Positions 26,362-38,144 of a stretch of DNA of 52,664 bases are shown one piece after another. The notes under the pieces were generated by a model, which searched no databases, was not told the DNA's origin, and saw only the letters and a list, made by a program, of their open reading frames with translations. Position numbers and translations under genes: made by a program. The first letter of the stretch is position 1. The number at the start of each line of letters is the position of its first letter. The stretch lies in assembly GCF_001194135.2 (NCBI RefSeq), contig NC_068995.1, positions 44,960,054-45,012,717 on the forward strand. Reading direction: 5' to 3'. This DNA comes from Octopus bimaculoides. Its lineage: Eukaryota.

Positions 26362-28574
26362 TCTAATTGTAGTATTTTATATATAAATATGGGCGATAAA
26401 TCCAATTAATACACTCGTCAATGTTATCTAGTGGTTGTCTTTTGAGATGTAACATCGATCATCGTTTGTTACTGAAAGACCGCTGGTTCACATACAAACC
26501 GTCACATACTTCCCTTGTACACGCACACACATACTCACCCAGAGTTGAAACGTTGATTTTTCTTTTCAGCGTTGAATGTTCACCATCCCACTTTCATTGC
26601 ACACACACACACACACATCCACATCCACATACCTCCCTTTTTACATACACACACATCTACTCACAGTTGAAACGCTCGGTTCTATGTCTGCTTTGGCATG
26701 GTTTCTTCAAGTGGATGTCCTTCTTAACGCCAACTACTTTATATAGAGTGTATTGAGTGCTTTTTTTTTACGTGGCACTAGCNNNNNNNNNNNNNNNNNN
26801 NNNNNNNNNNNNNNNNNNNNNNNNNNNNNNNNNNNNNNNNNNNNNNNNNNNNNNNNNNNNNNNNNNNNNNNNNNNNNNNNNNNNNNNNNNNNNNNNNNNN
26901 NNNNNNNNNNNNNNNNNNNNNNNNNNNNNNNNNNNNNNNNNNNNNNNNNNNNNNNNNNNNNNNNNNNNNNNNNNNNNNNNNNNNNNNNNNNNNNNNNNNN
27001 NNNNNNNNNNNNNNNNNNNNNNNNNNNNNNNNNNNNNNNNNNNNNNNNNNNNNNNNNNNNNNNNNNNNNNNNNNNNNNNNNNNNNNNNNNNNNNNNNNNN
27101 NNNNNNNNNNNNNNNNNNNNNNNNNNNNNNNNNNNNNNNNNNNNNNNNNNNNNNNNNNNNNNNNNNNNNNNNNNNNNNNNNNNNNNNNNNNNNNNNNNNN
27201 NNNNNNNNNNNNNNNNNNNNNNNNNNNNNNNNNNNNNNNNNNNNNNNNNNNNNNNNNNNNNNNNNNNNNNNNNNNNNNNNNNNNNNNNNNNNNNNNNNNN
27301 NNNNNNNNNNNNNNNNNNNNNNNNNNNNNNNNNNNNNNNNNNNNNNNNNNNNNNNNNNNNNNNNNNNNNNNNNNNNNNNNNNNNNNNNNNNNNNNNNNNN
27401 NNNNNNNNNNNNNNNNNNNNNNNNNNNNNNNNNNNNNNNNNNNNNNNNNNNNNNNNNNNNNNNNNNNNNNNNNNNNNNNNNNNNNNNNNNNNNNNNNNNN
27501 NNNNNNNNNNNNNNNNNNNNNNNNNNNNNNNNNNNNNNNNNNNNNNNNNNNNNNNNNNNNNNNNNNNNNNNNNNNNNNNNNNNNNNNNNNNNNNNNNNNN
27601 NNNNNNNNNNNNNNNNNNNNNNNNNNNNNNNNNNNNNNNNNNNNNNNNNNNNNNNNNNNNNNNNNGTAAGCTAGCAGAACGGTTTGCACGTCGGATAAAA
27701 TGATTTGCGCCATTTCGTCTATCTTTATGTCCTGAATTTAAATTCTGCGGAGGTCGAATTTGCTGGGATTGATGAAATAAGTACCAGTTGAGCACTGAGG
27801 TCGATATAATCAACTAGCCCCCCAATCTCCCACAAAATTTCAGGCCTTGTGCCTTTATCATCATCGTCCTCAAAGACGGTGAACCGGCAGAAACGTTAGC
27901 ACGCCGGGCGAAATGCTTAGAGGTATTTCGTCTGCCACTACATTTTGAGTTCAAATTCCGCCGAGGTGTGTGTATATGTTTGAGTGTCTGTGTTTGTCCC
28001 CCCCAACATCTTTTGACAACCGGTGGTGGTGTGTTTACGTCCCCGTAACTTAGCGGTTCGGCAAAAAGAGACCGATAGAATTGTACTAGGCTTACAAAGA
28101 ATAAGTCCTGGGGTCGATTTGTTCGACTAAATGACTGAAACAAGTAAAAGAGAGTGAAGAGTATAGGCTCAGGAACGGGGGTGGGGGAAAGAGGGTGCAA
28201 GCGCACCCACTAAAATATTTTGGCAGCAATGAAAAATGCTTTGAATATCCTAGGCGGACCTGGGTTTTGCACCCTCTAACCAAATTTAGCTTCCGCATTT
28301 AATCGTCTTAAGATATTAGGAAAGCCAAATCATTATTTCTGTAAATTCTCAATTATTTCTGGTTTCATTTTCATTCATCCCGCTCTCGTTAAAATGACCA
28401 TTCTTCAGTAGTTCAAGTTTCTCATCCGGTTATTGTTATCAAAAAGATTTCGTCCCTAAGTAATAGTGGTAACCGGTTTCCATTGTATACTTAAAAAAAA
28501 ATAACGTTTTTGTATTGGTTCCATAATATAATATTCAATGTTACTGTAATTATTATACGTGTTATGTATGCATG

Positions 28575-28609
<35 letters not shown>

Positions 28610-28815
28610 GTATCTCTCTATTTTCATTGATATTTAGCACAAGCAACAGAGTGACTCAAGAGCTGAGAGTCCGTGCGTTTGCATTTATTAAACTAGTTTG
28701 GTAAGTACTAATGCACGAAACTCTCGGTTCTTGAGACACTCATCTGTTAAATATTAATAAACATATCTGTTTGCATCACCAAACCTGTATAGATATATAC
28801 ATATATGTGTGAGTA

Positions 28816-28862
<47 letters not shown>

Positions 28863-29027
28863 CGACGGGCGACGAAAATATATTTTGCAAATTAAATTTA
28901 AATGTCGAAGTGAATCTAACGGTTTTTGTGTGTTTTAAATGGTTTATAAATGCCTTCCATACTGCAATTGTTTTCGTTCCAGCACACGATCTCAGATCAG
29001 GTCACTTGCTATGCAAGTACATCTCCG

Positions 29028-29066
<39 letters not shown>

Positions 29067-29068
29067 CA

Positions 29069-29397
29069 CACCTCGTACTACGGACCTCCCGTCAACGGAT
29101 TTCGGAAGTAGCGGACAAAATCACACCCTTCACCATCCATGGTAAGTCTGATTTTAAATCAAAAATGTTGAATATACAGTATGATAGTGAATAGTTACAG
29201 TGTACAGGTATTTTACACTGTCAGATTAGATAGTGTGCTTAATTAAAAGTACAGTACTGTATTTATTCCTCTGTCTTTCGTAATGTAATTGTTGATATTA
29301 GCCACCCCTAACGTAACCTAATCTTAGTGTCGGTGCCTACGGAAAACCAGCTTCATCGGACCGATGTTGGCCCTTTTTTGTCCGTAGTACCGAGGTG
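29069..29397. mobile_element. MITE (~330 bp) with ~17-bp TIRs
   Basis: cacctcg-tactacggac (29069-29085) versus gtccgtagtaccgaggtg (29380-29397); TA on the right flank, microsatellite on both sides. Confidence 0.75.
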
Positions 29398-31219
29398 TAT
29401 GTGTGTGTGTGTGTGTGTATACGCATATAAACTATTGCCGAATCAACCATTTCAACCGAAATTTCAAACTTTGAAGTTGCAGACGCCTTTAAAACGAAAG
29501 AATCCAACACAAAATAATAATCTTTTCTGATATAGGCACAAGGACACCAATTTTGAGGAAGAGGGGAAACGTCGATGGTACTTTATTTTATCTATCCAGA
29601 CGGAACGAATGGCAAGTCCACCTTGGCAAAAATCTTGAAACATTTCAGGACAAAAGACAAAACAAAACAAATTTCCATCCGTGTTAATTCAAATGTCAAT
29701 TAATAAATTAACTGAATGAAAAAAAAAAAAAAAAATTGTAAATAATTGCATAAAAATGAAACGGAACAATCAATTTGGTTTACCTGTTTTTGAAATAAGG
29801 AATATAGCCAAAAGAGGTAGAACAAAGCAAAAAAAGCGAAAAGATATGTTCAGATTCCAAACATCAATAGAAGAACGTAAAATGGTCTCTTTAAGAATGT
29901 CTTAGCAACATTTCTACATCCATTCTGAGGCTGAAACGGTTTTGTAATCCTGAAAACGTTTTGTTGGAGACTATTACTAACTATCACTACCACTCTTTGT
30001 ATTTTGTGAGTGTCCCATGATTTATTGAGTTCGGTGTTTAGTGGAGCAATTCTTGTATTACATAATTACCATAAATGTCTAATTAGAAATACTCGTTTAT
30101 TGTTGTCTGATGATATACCGTTGCTTTGTTGAAAGATTAAACTCTGGGCTTTTAATATATTTGTCTCCCTAGAGATAAGTCTCTCTTTCTCTTTCTCTTC
30201 CATCCATACATACATACATACATACATACATACATGTACATAAAAGCGTTCACATGCATACATACACACAAACATACACGTATATACATATATATTTGTC
30301 ACTGTATATGATTATATTTATTTACGTGTGCAATTGAAAGCTACAGTACATTGGCAAACGTTAATTCCATTTCCTCCTTCTCCTCTCCCCTCTCTCCCGT
30401 TCTTTCCTACAGCTAACTCCCTCTCTCCCTTACTCCCTTTGTTTCCTACCACCCCTTCTCTCTCTCCCTTCATTACTTTTCTTCTTCTACCTCCCCTCTC
30501 CCATTCATTCATTCATTCACCATTTACAACCATTTGACATATTTCCAGTTGTTTAAAATTACATAAAAATCTAAGCGAGTCAACATTTTGAATAAAACAA
30601 AAATATCGTCGCACACTCAGTTAGATAATAATAGTGAAATTGTTATGTCAGAAGGGACAAGTGCTGACTTGTTGAAGAATGATGGATTAGATTAATAGAA
30701 ATATGTCTGCAAAACAATAATTTACTTCACAGTAGTAGGGATCTATGGTCGGCCAAGCAGCAAAGATGGTTTCAGTTCGTACTACAATTTTATAATACAA
30801 TGTCGCGTGCGCACACACGTATATACATACATACATATGCATTTATACATGCATACATACATAGGCAAAGATTGTGGTTTGGAAAATAACAATTGTTGCA
30901 AGAGGCTTAAAGACCTGTCTGTTCTGTAATTGATGGTGGTCTTCACAGACAAAATGTACAATAATCTGTATGTCTGTCTGTTTGTCTGTCTAGTGTATAT
31001 ATATACTTTTACTTGTTTCAGTCATTTCACTGAAGCCTTGCTGGAGCACCGCCTTAACAGGGGTCTAGTCGAAGAAATCGACCCCAGGACTTATTATATC
31101 GGTCAATTTTGTCGAACTGCTTGGTTATAGGGACGTAAACCACCAACATCGGTTGTCAAGCGATGGTTGGTGGGGGCCAAACACAGATACAAAGACACAC
31201 AAACACATCATAAGCACCC

Positions 31220-31402
31220 ACGTAAAAGCACCCACTACACTCTCTGAGTGGTTGGCGTTAGGAAGGGCATCCAGCTGTAGAAACTCTGCCAAATTAGATT
31301 GGAGCCTGGTGTTGCCATCCGGTTTCACCAGTCCTCAGTCAAATCGTCCAACCCATGCTAGCATGGAAAGCGGACGTTAAACGATGATGATGATGATGAT
31401 GA

Positions 31403-31405
<3 letters not shown>
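31220..31405 (+). mobile_element. (ATG)n-tailed SINE, young subfamily
   Basis: Near-identical to 13-187; sits in the microsatellite position of a host SINE. Confidence 0.85.
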
Positions 31406-31460
<55 letters not shown>

Positions 31461-31462
<2 letters not shown>

Positions 31463-31575
31463 TGAGGCTCAATGTTCGAAGGTCATGCTTCACCTCATCT
31501 CAGGTCTTCCTGGGTTTACCTCTTCTGCAGGTTCCCTCAACTGCTAGGGTGTGACATTTTTTCACACAGCTGTCC
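31461..31575 (-). mobile_element. RTE LINE 3' fragment
   Basis: Reverse strand reads CVKKCHTLAVEGTCRRGKPRKT-DEVKHDLRTLSLT. Confidence 0.75.
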
Positions 31576-31982
31576 TAATAGAGTTTGCAGGACATCCTCG
31601 TCGAGCTCTACAGATCTTCCAGGACGAGGCTTGTCTTCTAGGCTGTAGTTTCTGGCTTGGAATTTCTGGAACCACCATTAACACTGGCTTACACTTATTG
31701 TCTGATGCCCATATACTGCATTGATATTCCTTGCACTTTCTGTTACATTGTTGCCTTTATTGAACTCATAAAGCAAAATATGCCAAATATACTCTTTCAT
31801 CACTTCTACTATAGCTTTTGAAAGGATGACTAAAAAATCAAACTGCACTCTTCAAAACTTGCACTAAGAATAAGGACATGGTAAAATTACTATCTTCTTT
31901 TATAGCAAGTTGATGCAGGTAGTTTATCCTGTTCCCCTCTGACTTTTAGTTCATGCAATTGAAAAAACTGTATTATTTATGT
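31575..31982 (-). mobile_element. Mariner 5' fragment (HTH region)
   Basis: Hand translation HILLYEFNK-GNNVTESARNINAVYG...WWFQKFQARNYSLEDKPRPGRSVELDEDVL with stops and frameshift. Confidence 0.8.
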
Positions 31983-33404
31983 GTGTGTGTGTGTGTGTGT
32001 GTATTTGTGTGTATAGTTTATTTTTAAGAAAAATAACAAATGCTCTACATTTTTTTCCCTCCCATTCCCAAACTTCTGATTTTCAATATGAATCCTTTTT
32101 ATGTACCCCTTATGTTGCCAATGTCCTTTAGAGAAGAATGAATGCCACAACATCGTATTTTATCATGTTCATATGAGAGAGAATTCTTTGATAAGATTCT
32201 ACCCTGACATTACTGAATTAATGATCAAGACTGGATATTAATCAACGTATGTAGTTTATCAGAGATTAAAAGATTAAGAAACACTCCTCAGATTTTTTTT
32301 GCACCAAGAATGAATATTTCCAGTGACACCAGATAGTACCTTTGATATTGTAATCCTAGATTTATCTGTGACGTAGCAACCCTAGAAGTGTTTAAGGTGT
32401 TGCTTATAACAACCATAAATAACGAAGAGCTAATTACACTTTAATGAACTGGATGAATAGGAAGTGTTTTGTGTGTTTAAACTTATGATATCTATGTTCT
32501 TCTAAGGCGGTGAGCTGGCAGAAACGTTAGTGTACCGAGGTCGACTTTGCCTTTCATCCTTTCGGGGTCGATAAATTAAGTACCAGTTGTATATTGGGAT
32601 CGATCCAATTGACTGGCCCCCTCCCCAAAAATTTCGGGCCTTGTGCCTAGAGTAGAAAAGGATATCTATGGTCTTTTTGCCCCTCCATCCTTTGAAGGCA
32701 TGAAGCTAGTGACTAGGAGGTTTGTCTCATGGGCATATTCTTTTACTTGTTTCAGTCATTTGACTGTGGCCATGCTGGAGCACTGCCTTGAAAGGTTTTA
32801 GTCAAACAAATTGACGCCAGGACTTATTTTTTTTTAAAGCCTAGTACTTATTTTGTCGGTCTCTTTTGCTAAACTGCTAAGTTACGGGGATGTAATCATA
32901 CCAGCATCGGTTGTCAAGCGATGTTGGGCGGACAAGCACAGACACAAAGACAAACATCTTTCAGTTTCCATTGATCAAATCCACTCACAAGGCTTTGGTT
33001 GACCTGGTACCATGCAGTGGGATTGACCCTGAAACCATGCGGTTGGGAAACAGTATCTATTTATATAGAGAAGAAGGAGAAGAAATAGAGAAGCAGCTTG
33101 TAGAATTTATATTTTATTAACTTTAACATATGAGATTTTAGAATTTTTTAGATTTAAATGTGGCTTTGTTCCATTAGAACTTTTGGTGTCTGAATATGTT
33201 TTGTACCAGTTCTTCTTGAAACAATAAAGTCCGTTCAGTTTATATGTTGTGTGACTCATCATCATCATCATCATCATCATCATAACAAAAAGAACTAAAA
33301 ATCTAAAGATAAAAACAAAAATGATTCGTTAAGGTGAAGTGAGAGTGGTTGTTACTTCATCGATGCACATGGATCTCAAGCATGTTACAATCATAAAGCT
33401 CGTT

Positions 33405-33660
33405 GGAAGACAATATCATTGGAATGGATTGATAAGGAAAATTTTGGAATAAATTCTTCATTTCTTAAAGACAGAGAGAAGTGAGTCTGGATTTGTTGAA
33501 GGCAATATCATTGGCATGACTTGATAGGAATAATTTTGGAATAAATTCTTTATTTCTCTGAAATTTCTTAAGGATAGAGAAATATTGGTCTTGAATTGGT
33601 TGAAGACAATATTTTGGAATGAATTGGCCAGAATAACTTTGGAATAAATTCTTCATTTCT
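33405..33660. repeat. Three diverged ~95-100-bp tandem units
   Basis: ttggaataaattctt at 33444, 33536 and 33639; gaag(a/g)caatat at about 33407, 33498 and 33602. Confidence 0.85.
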
Positions 33661-33670
33661 GCAAGATATT

Positions 33671-33718
33671 CTAAGGACAATAGACCGGTGGATCGGGATA
33701 TGTATGGTCTGTTTTCAC
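33671..33718 (-). CDS. Probable terminal coding exon of the ankyrin-repeat gene (VKTDHTYPDPPVYCP-stop)
   Basis: Strong acceptor (T-run then atttctatttatcacag); phase-0 reading ends at TAG 33673-33671; unique AT-rich UTR-like sequence follows. An unseen intervening exon cannot be excluded. Confidence 0.6.
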   Translation of the reverse strand: MKTDHTYPDPPVYCP

Positions 33719-34324
33719 CTGTGATAAATAGAAATAAAAAAAAAAAAGTATGTTACAATGTTGATATTGTTTGATTATAAATTTCTTTTGATTAGTAACC
33801 ATGAATTTAGATAGGAAAGACTTATCAGTATTTAGGTGAGTAGGTACGTAGGTAAAGTCACCTTCTCGAGTTATGTTGACTCATAATGGCGGTTTCCTGG
33901 TTTCGTTGCAGGATTACTCACTTTTGCCAGATGAGTGGACTGGAGCAACGTGAAATGAAGTGTTTTGCTTAAGAACACAATGTATTGCTTGGTCCAGGAA
34001 TCAAAACACTATCTTACGATCATGAGTCTAACACCCTAACCATTAAGCCACGTGCCTCCACATTTAGTGGGTGGGAATGCATGGGAAAAAGAGAGTCTGC
34101 CAAACATGGCCCCAACAGAAGGACCAGCTATTCTAATTGATGGCAGTCTGATAGATGAACCACTTAAGGATATGAAGACAAGGAAAACCTCTGGGCTGTC
34201 AGGAATCATTGCTGAGATGTTTAAAATGTCTGGTGGAGTGGGTTATGGCCTATTTAACTGCATTGTTAATCAGGTTGTACAGGAAGCTGTTATACCCAAT
34301 GACTGTTATAACCAATGACTGTTA

Positions 34325-34577
34325 TACCCGCATAAAAGCACTTGTGCAGTGCCACATAAAAGTGTCCATGTGGTGTTATGTTAAAGCGCCTGTGTGGTGC
34401 CATGTAAAAGCATTCAGCACACTCTGTAAAGTGTTTGGTGTTAGGAAGGGCATCCAGCTGTAGAAACCATACCAAATCAGACTGGAGTCTGGTGCAGCCC
34501 CTTCTGCTTGCCAGCTCTAGTCAAACCGTCCAACCCATGCCAACATGGACAGCGGATGTTAAATGATGATGATGACT
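34325..34577 (+). mobile_element. 5'-truncated (ATG)n-tailed SINE inside the RTE remnant
   Basis: Same body (ggcattaggaagggcatccagctgtagaaac...caacccatgc...gatgatgat) as copies at 13-187, 31220-31400 and 15130-15400 (reverse). Confidence 0.8.
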
Positions 34578-35154
34578 AGTGTAGCAGCATTATCGTTAAA
34601 TGTTACAAAGGTAAGGGAGTTGCCTTAGAGTAGTGTGCTTACAGGTGTAACAAATTGTCAGACCAGGTGATGAAAGTGTATCAAATTGTTGGATGTCATG
34701 AAAGTAACAGTTCAACTAATTAGGTTCTGCAGTTTGGTTTTGTGCTGGGGGAAAAGTACCACAGATGCTCTCTTCCTGGTAAAACAACTGCAGGAGAAGT
34801 ATTTAGCTAAACATAAGTGACCACTGTTTCAAGCATTTGTTGACCTGGAGAAAGCATTCGACCAGGGTCCCCCATATTGTGATCTGGTGGTTGGTGAGGA
34901 AGCTAAGTATACGTGAAAGACTTGTGAGGTTCATAAAACCATGTACAGGGGTGTTGTTAAAAAGGTGAGATTTAACTATGAGGAGTACAGCAACGAATTT
35001 AGTGTGCTGGTAAGAGTTCACAAGGGTTTAGTTCTCAGTCCCCAATAATCCATCTCATTGTCCTCTGGGCCATAACACAAAATTTTAAGACTGGATACTT
35101 ACAGGAACTCCTTTATGATGATTACCTCATTATTATTATAGCAAAATCTATAGT

Positions 35155-35542
35155 GGAGGCGCAATGACCCAGTGGTTAGGGCAGCGGACTCGCGGTCATA
35201 GGATCGCGGTTTCGATTCCCAGACTGGGCGTTGTGAGTGTTTATTGAGCGAAAACACCTAAAGCTCCACGAGGCTCCGGCAGGGGATGGTGGCGAAACCT
35301 GCTGCACTCTTCCAGCACAACTTTCTCTCACTCTTACTTCCTGTTTCTGTTGTACCTGTATTTCAAAGGGCCAGCCTTGTCACACTGTGTCACGCTGATT
35401 ATCCCCGAGAACTATGTTAAGGGTACACGTGTCTGTGGAGTGCTCAGCCACTTGCATGTTAATTTCACGAGCAGGCTGTTCTGTTGATTGGATCAACTGG
35501 AACCCTCGACGTCGTAAGCGACGGAGTGCCAACAACAACAAC
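35155..35542 (+). mobile_element. Full-length tRNA-derived SINE (octopus OK/OR-type) with 20-bp TSD
   Basis: A-box-like tgacccagtgg, B-box-like ggtttcgattcc, (AAC)n tail; attatagcaaaatctatagt repeated at 35135-35154 and 35543-35562. Confidence 0.92.
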
Positions 35543-36154
35543 ATTATAGCAAAATCTATAGTAGAAATGAGGTGAGAACATACAAAGGTTGAGTGAAGCT
35601 GGAAGAGAGGGTATAGCAAATTGGAGTGCGACACCAGCAAGGATATATTATAGATGAGGAAGACTATAAGATTTATCAAAGTTGAGTGATATTTGTAGTG
35701 ACTATACATGAAATTTGAGTGAAAGTTCAAGTGACAGAATACAAAGGCGGAGTGAAATATTAAGGTGAGAGAGATATTATATTATATTATGTATATGAAT
35801 ATATATAATATAATGTAAGGATAAAATCTTTATAAGAATTTATCAAGTAGTCAGCGTGAAAAAACCTCATAAGGAAAAAAAAACTATCATTTTTTTTTTT
35901 CCATAAATATATATAATTTAATTTATATAAGGGCAATTCTATACAATAATACCTCACGCTTCATATGAAACCATTGGTATGCCGTTAAGTTAAAAGTTTT
36001 TTGGAGGTTAGCTTTGAAAGTTGCATTCCCTCGTGATCGGTAAAAATGTGCTTATTTTGGTAGTTTTGACTTATGAAGTCCCTCTAAGTGTGAGGCATTA
36101 TTGTATAGTAATGCCCATATATAAATTAAATATAAATATATATATATATATTAC

Positions 36155-36292
36155 CTTTCCAGATTCTACATCTTCTATAAGTTTTAACAAGTCATACATC
36201 TTGAGTTCTTCAACTTTTTCTTTTAAGTATGTCACTCGGTGAGAACATTCCATCATGCCACACATCGGGTTGTCAGAAGAACATGGCTCGTA
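36155..36292 (-). CDS. Ankyrin-repeat protein exon (YEPCSSDNPMCGMMECSHRVTYLKEKVEELKMYDLLKLIEDVESGK)
   Basis: Not in the ORF track. Acceptor tctttctcttttctgccag, donor GTAATA; 138 nt, phase 0/0, open frame. Confidence 0.85.
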
Positions 36293-36429
36293 CTGGCAGA
36301 AAAGAGAAAGACAATGGGTGGAATCTTCTAAAAATGTTTGAATTATTTTTTTGAAATGGTAACTAATTCAGTTTTTAAATATTGTAGCTGTGATAAAATG
36401 AGTAACATGGAAGTAAATTGATTAAATTA

Positions 36430-36865
36430 CTGGTCATGTGAGAGATCACATGGCAGGTCATGTGGTAGACCATGTAATAGGTCATGTTAAATCATGGGTG
36501 AGTTGTGGTAGGTCACGAGGGAAGCCACATGGTAAGTTATGTTAGGTCATGAGGTAGAGGAAGTGGTAGGTCATGTGATAGATCACCTGGTAGATTATGT
36601 GATGTATCACTTGTAAGTGGGAGGTCATGTGGTAACAAGTTGAAGGTCATGGTAAGTCATGTTTCACATTAGGTAATGTGTTAGGTCACATGATAGGTCA
36701 TGTGGTTGAACATGTTACATGTCATGTGATGTGGTATATGAGGTGTGACATGTGATAGATAACATGTTTAGGTCATTATAAGTTGTGGAAAAGCTGATCA
36801 TTGGACAATTTATTGTAGAGAATTGTACATTTAAGGGTAGTCATGTGATAGGTCAGTTTCAGTCA
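36430..36865. repeat. Degenerate ~12-bp minisatellite (consensus about AGGTCATGTGAT)
   Basis: About eleven AGGTCA and about eleven GTCATG occurrences in ~430 bp. Confidence 0.85.
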
Positions 36866-37496
36866 TAGAGTCATTGCATGTCCTACAAATGATAATGACA
36901 TCATCGTTAATTAAGAAATTAATGACTCACAGGCGTGGCTTTGTGGTTAAGTTGCTTGCTTTCCAACCATGTAATTTTCAGTTCAGTTCTACTGCACAGC
37001 ACTTTGGGCAAATATCTTCTACTATAGCTCTGAGCAGACCAAAGCCTTGTGAACAGATTTTGTGGATGGAAACTGAAGGAAGCCCATCACATATATGTAT
37101 TTATATATATGTGTGTGTGTGTGTGTGTGCATGTTGTTTGTGTGTGTTTGTCAGTGCTTGTGTGTGTGTTTGTGTGTGTGTATGTGTTCGTGTGTGCACA
37201 TGTGTAGGTGTGCGTGCTTGTTGTATGTGTACACATATCTTCACATCATGTGATGACTGTAAACGAGTACCACTGTCATACAAGCAATGTTGTTCATTTC
37301 CAGTCTCCTGGGATAAGCATGTTCTGGCCATGGAGAAATATTACCTTGCTAGGAAACAGGTGAGGGTTGATGGCAGGAAGGGCATCCAGCCATGGAAAAC
37401 TTGCCTCAACAAATTCCATCTGACCCATCGAAGTGGACATTAAAACAATGAAGGTAAATCTGAGATGAAAAATATTTGAAATAACATTATTTTTAC

Positions 37497-37661
37497 CTGT
37501 TTCCATATGTTTGTTCTGAAACCTTTGAGTACCAAAAACTTTGCAAGTTCCTCATGATTATTGTCCAAACAGGTGAACAATGCTCTGCTACTGTAGCGAC
37601 TGATGCCTTTTACTTTGTGTAAACCTTCAACAAGTTCTTTCACTTGATCGAGATCATTTGC
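37497..37661 (-). CDS. Ankyrin-repeat protein exon (ANDLDQVKELVEG...KFLVLKGFRTNIWKQ)
   Basis: Acceptor tttcattataatttgaag, donor GTAAAA; 165 nt, phase 0/0; degenerate ANK-like helices. Confidence 0.87.
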
Positions 37662-37734
37662 CTTCAAATTATAATGAAAGTAAAACATAAGAAAAAACAA
37701 CAAAAACAAATAGGTAGATAAAATTGGTAAAGAT

Positions 37735-37780
<46 letters not shown>

Positions 37781-38003
37781 TTGAACCAAGATAATGACAA
37801 AGAACATCTCAGAATATCTGGGGGTAAACATCTCTAATTTCTATAAAAAATCTGTTGAGATAACTTTAAAAATTGAGTGAATCACACTGCTAACACAGGT
37901 AGGAGACAATATTTAGATTTAAACGGTAGTGAAGTGAAAACACGCTATAAAAATAAAACTACTGAATGATAATAATAATAATTTTTTAGTAGGAACTGTT
38001 TAC

Positions 38004-38144
38004 CTGGATGGCGCTGAAAAAGGATTCTTCGAAGCTCGTTTCTTCTAAGAATACTTCCAGTTCAAATTCACAAATTGATTTTTTGATGCATGCAAATTGC
38101 ATGGTGCAGTTGCACTCAAAATAGTTATTTGGTGTCTTACCAAG
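38004..38144 (-). CDS. Ankyrin-repeat protein exon (LGKTPNNYFECNC...SFFSAIQ)
   Basis: Acceptor gttgttgtttcag, donor GTAAAC; 141 nt, phase 0/0; KDN|LGKTP continues the ANK consensus across the junction. Confidence 0.88.

Larger units (their letters stand above)
34075..35740 (+). mobile_element. RTE-clade LINE reverse-transcriptase remnant interrupted by two SINEs
   Basis: MKTRKTSGLSGIIAEMFK...VIPND [SINE] CSSIIVKCYKGKG...FGFV-GKSTTDALFLVKQLQEKY...AFVDLEKAFD...QELLYDDYL [SINE]: typical non-LTR RT motifs with stops. Confidence 0.88.

Noticed and set aside
23111-27813. Long ORFs spanning N-runs (also 4148-4738 and 45680-46941)
   Set aside because: Open only because N codons are not stops; these are assembly gaps.
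29139-29147. ATG|GTAAGT as the first exon of a host gene
   Set aside because: It lies inside a TIR-bounded MITE and no in-frame second exon was found; kept only as a MITE-borne motif.
33405-33660. CRISPR-like or retrozyme array
   Set aside because: Diverged units without unique spacers or ribozyme core, in a eukaryotic context.
33671-33673. TAG stop as a target for A-to-I readthrough
   Set aside because: Readthrough would add only WNILQK before TGA, and no pairing partner was seen.
35155-35230. tRNA gene
   Set aside because: The tRNA-like head continues into a SINE body, tail and TSD; no complete cloverleaf. The same applies to other SINE heads.
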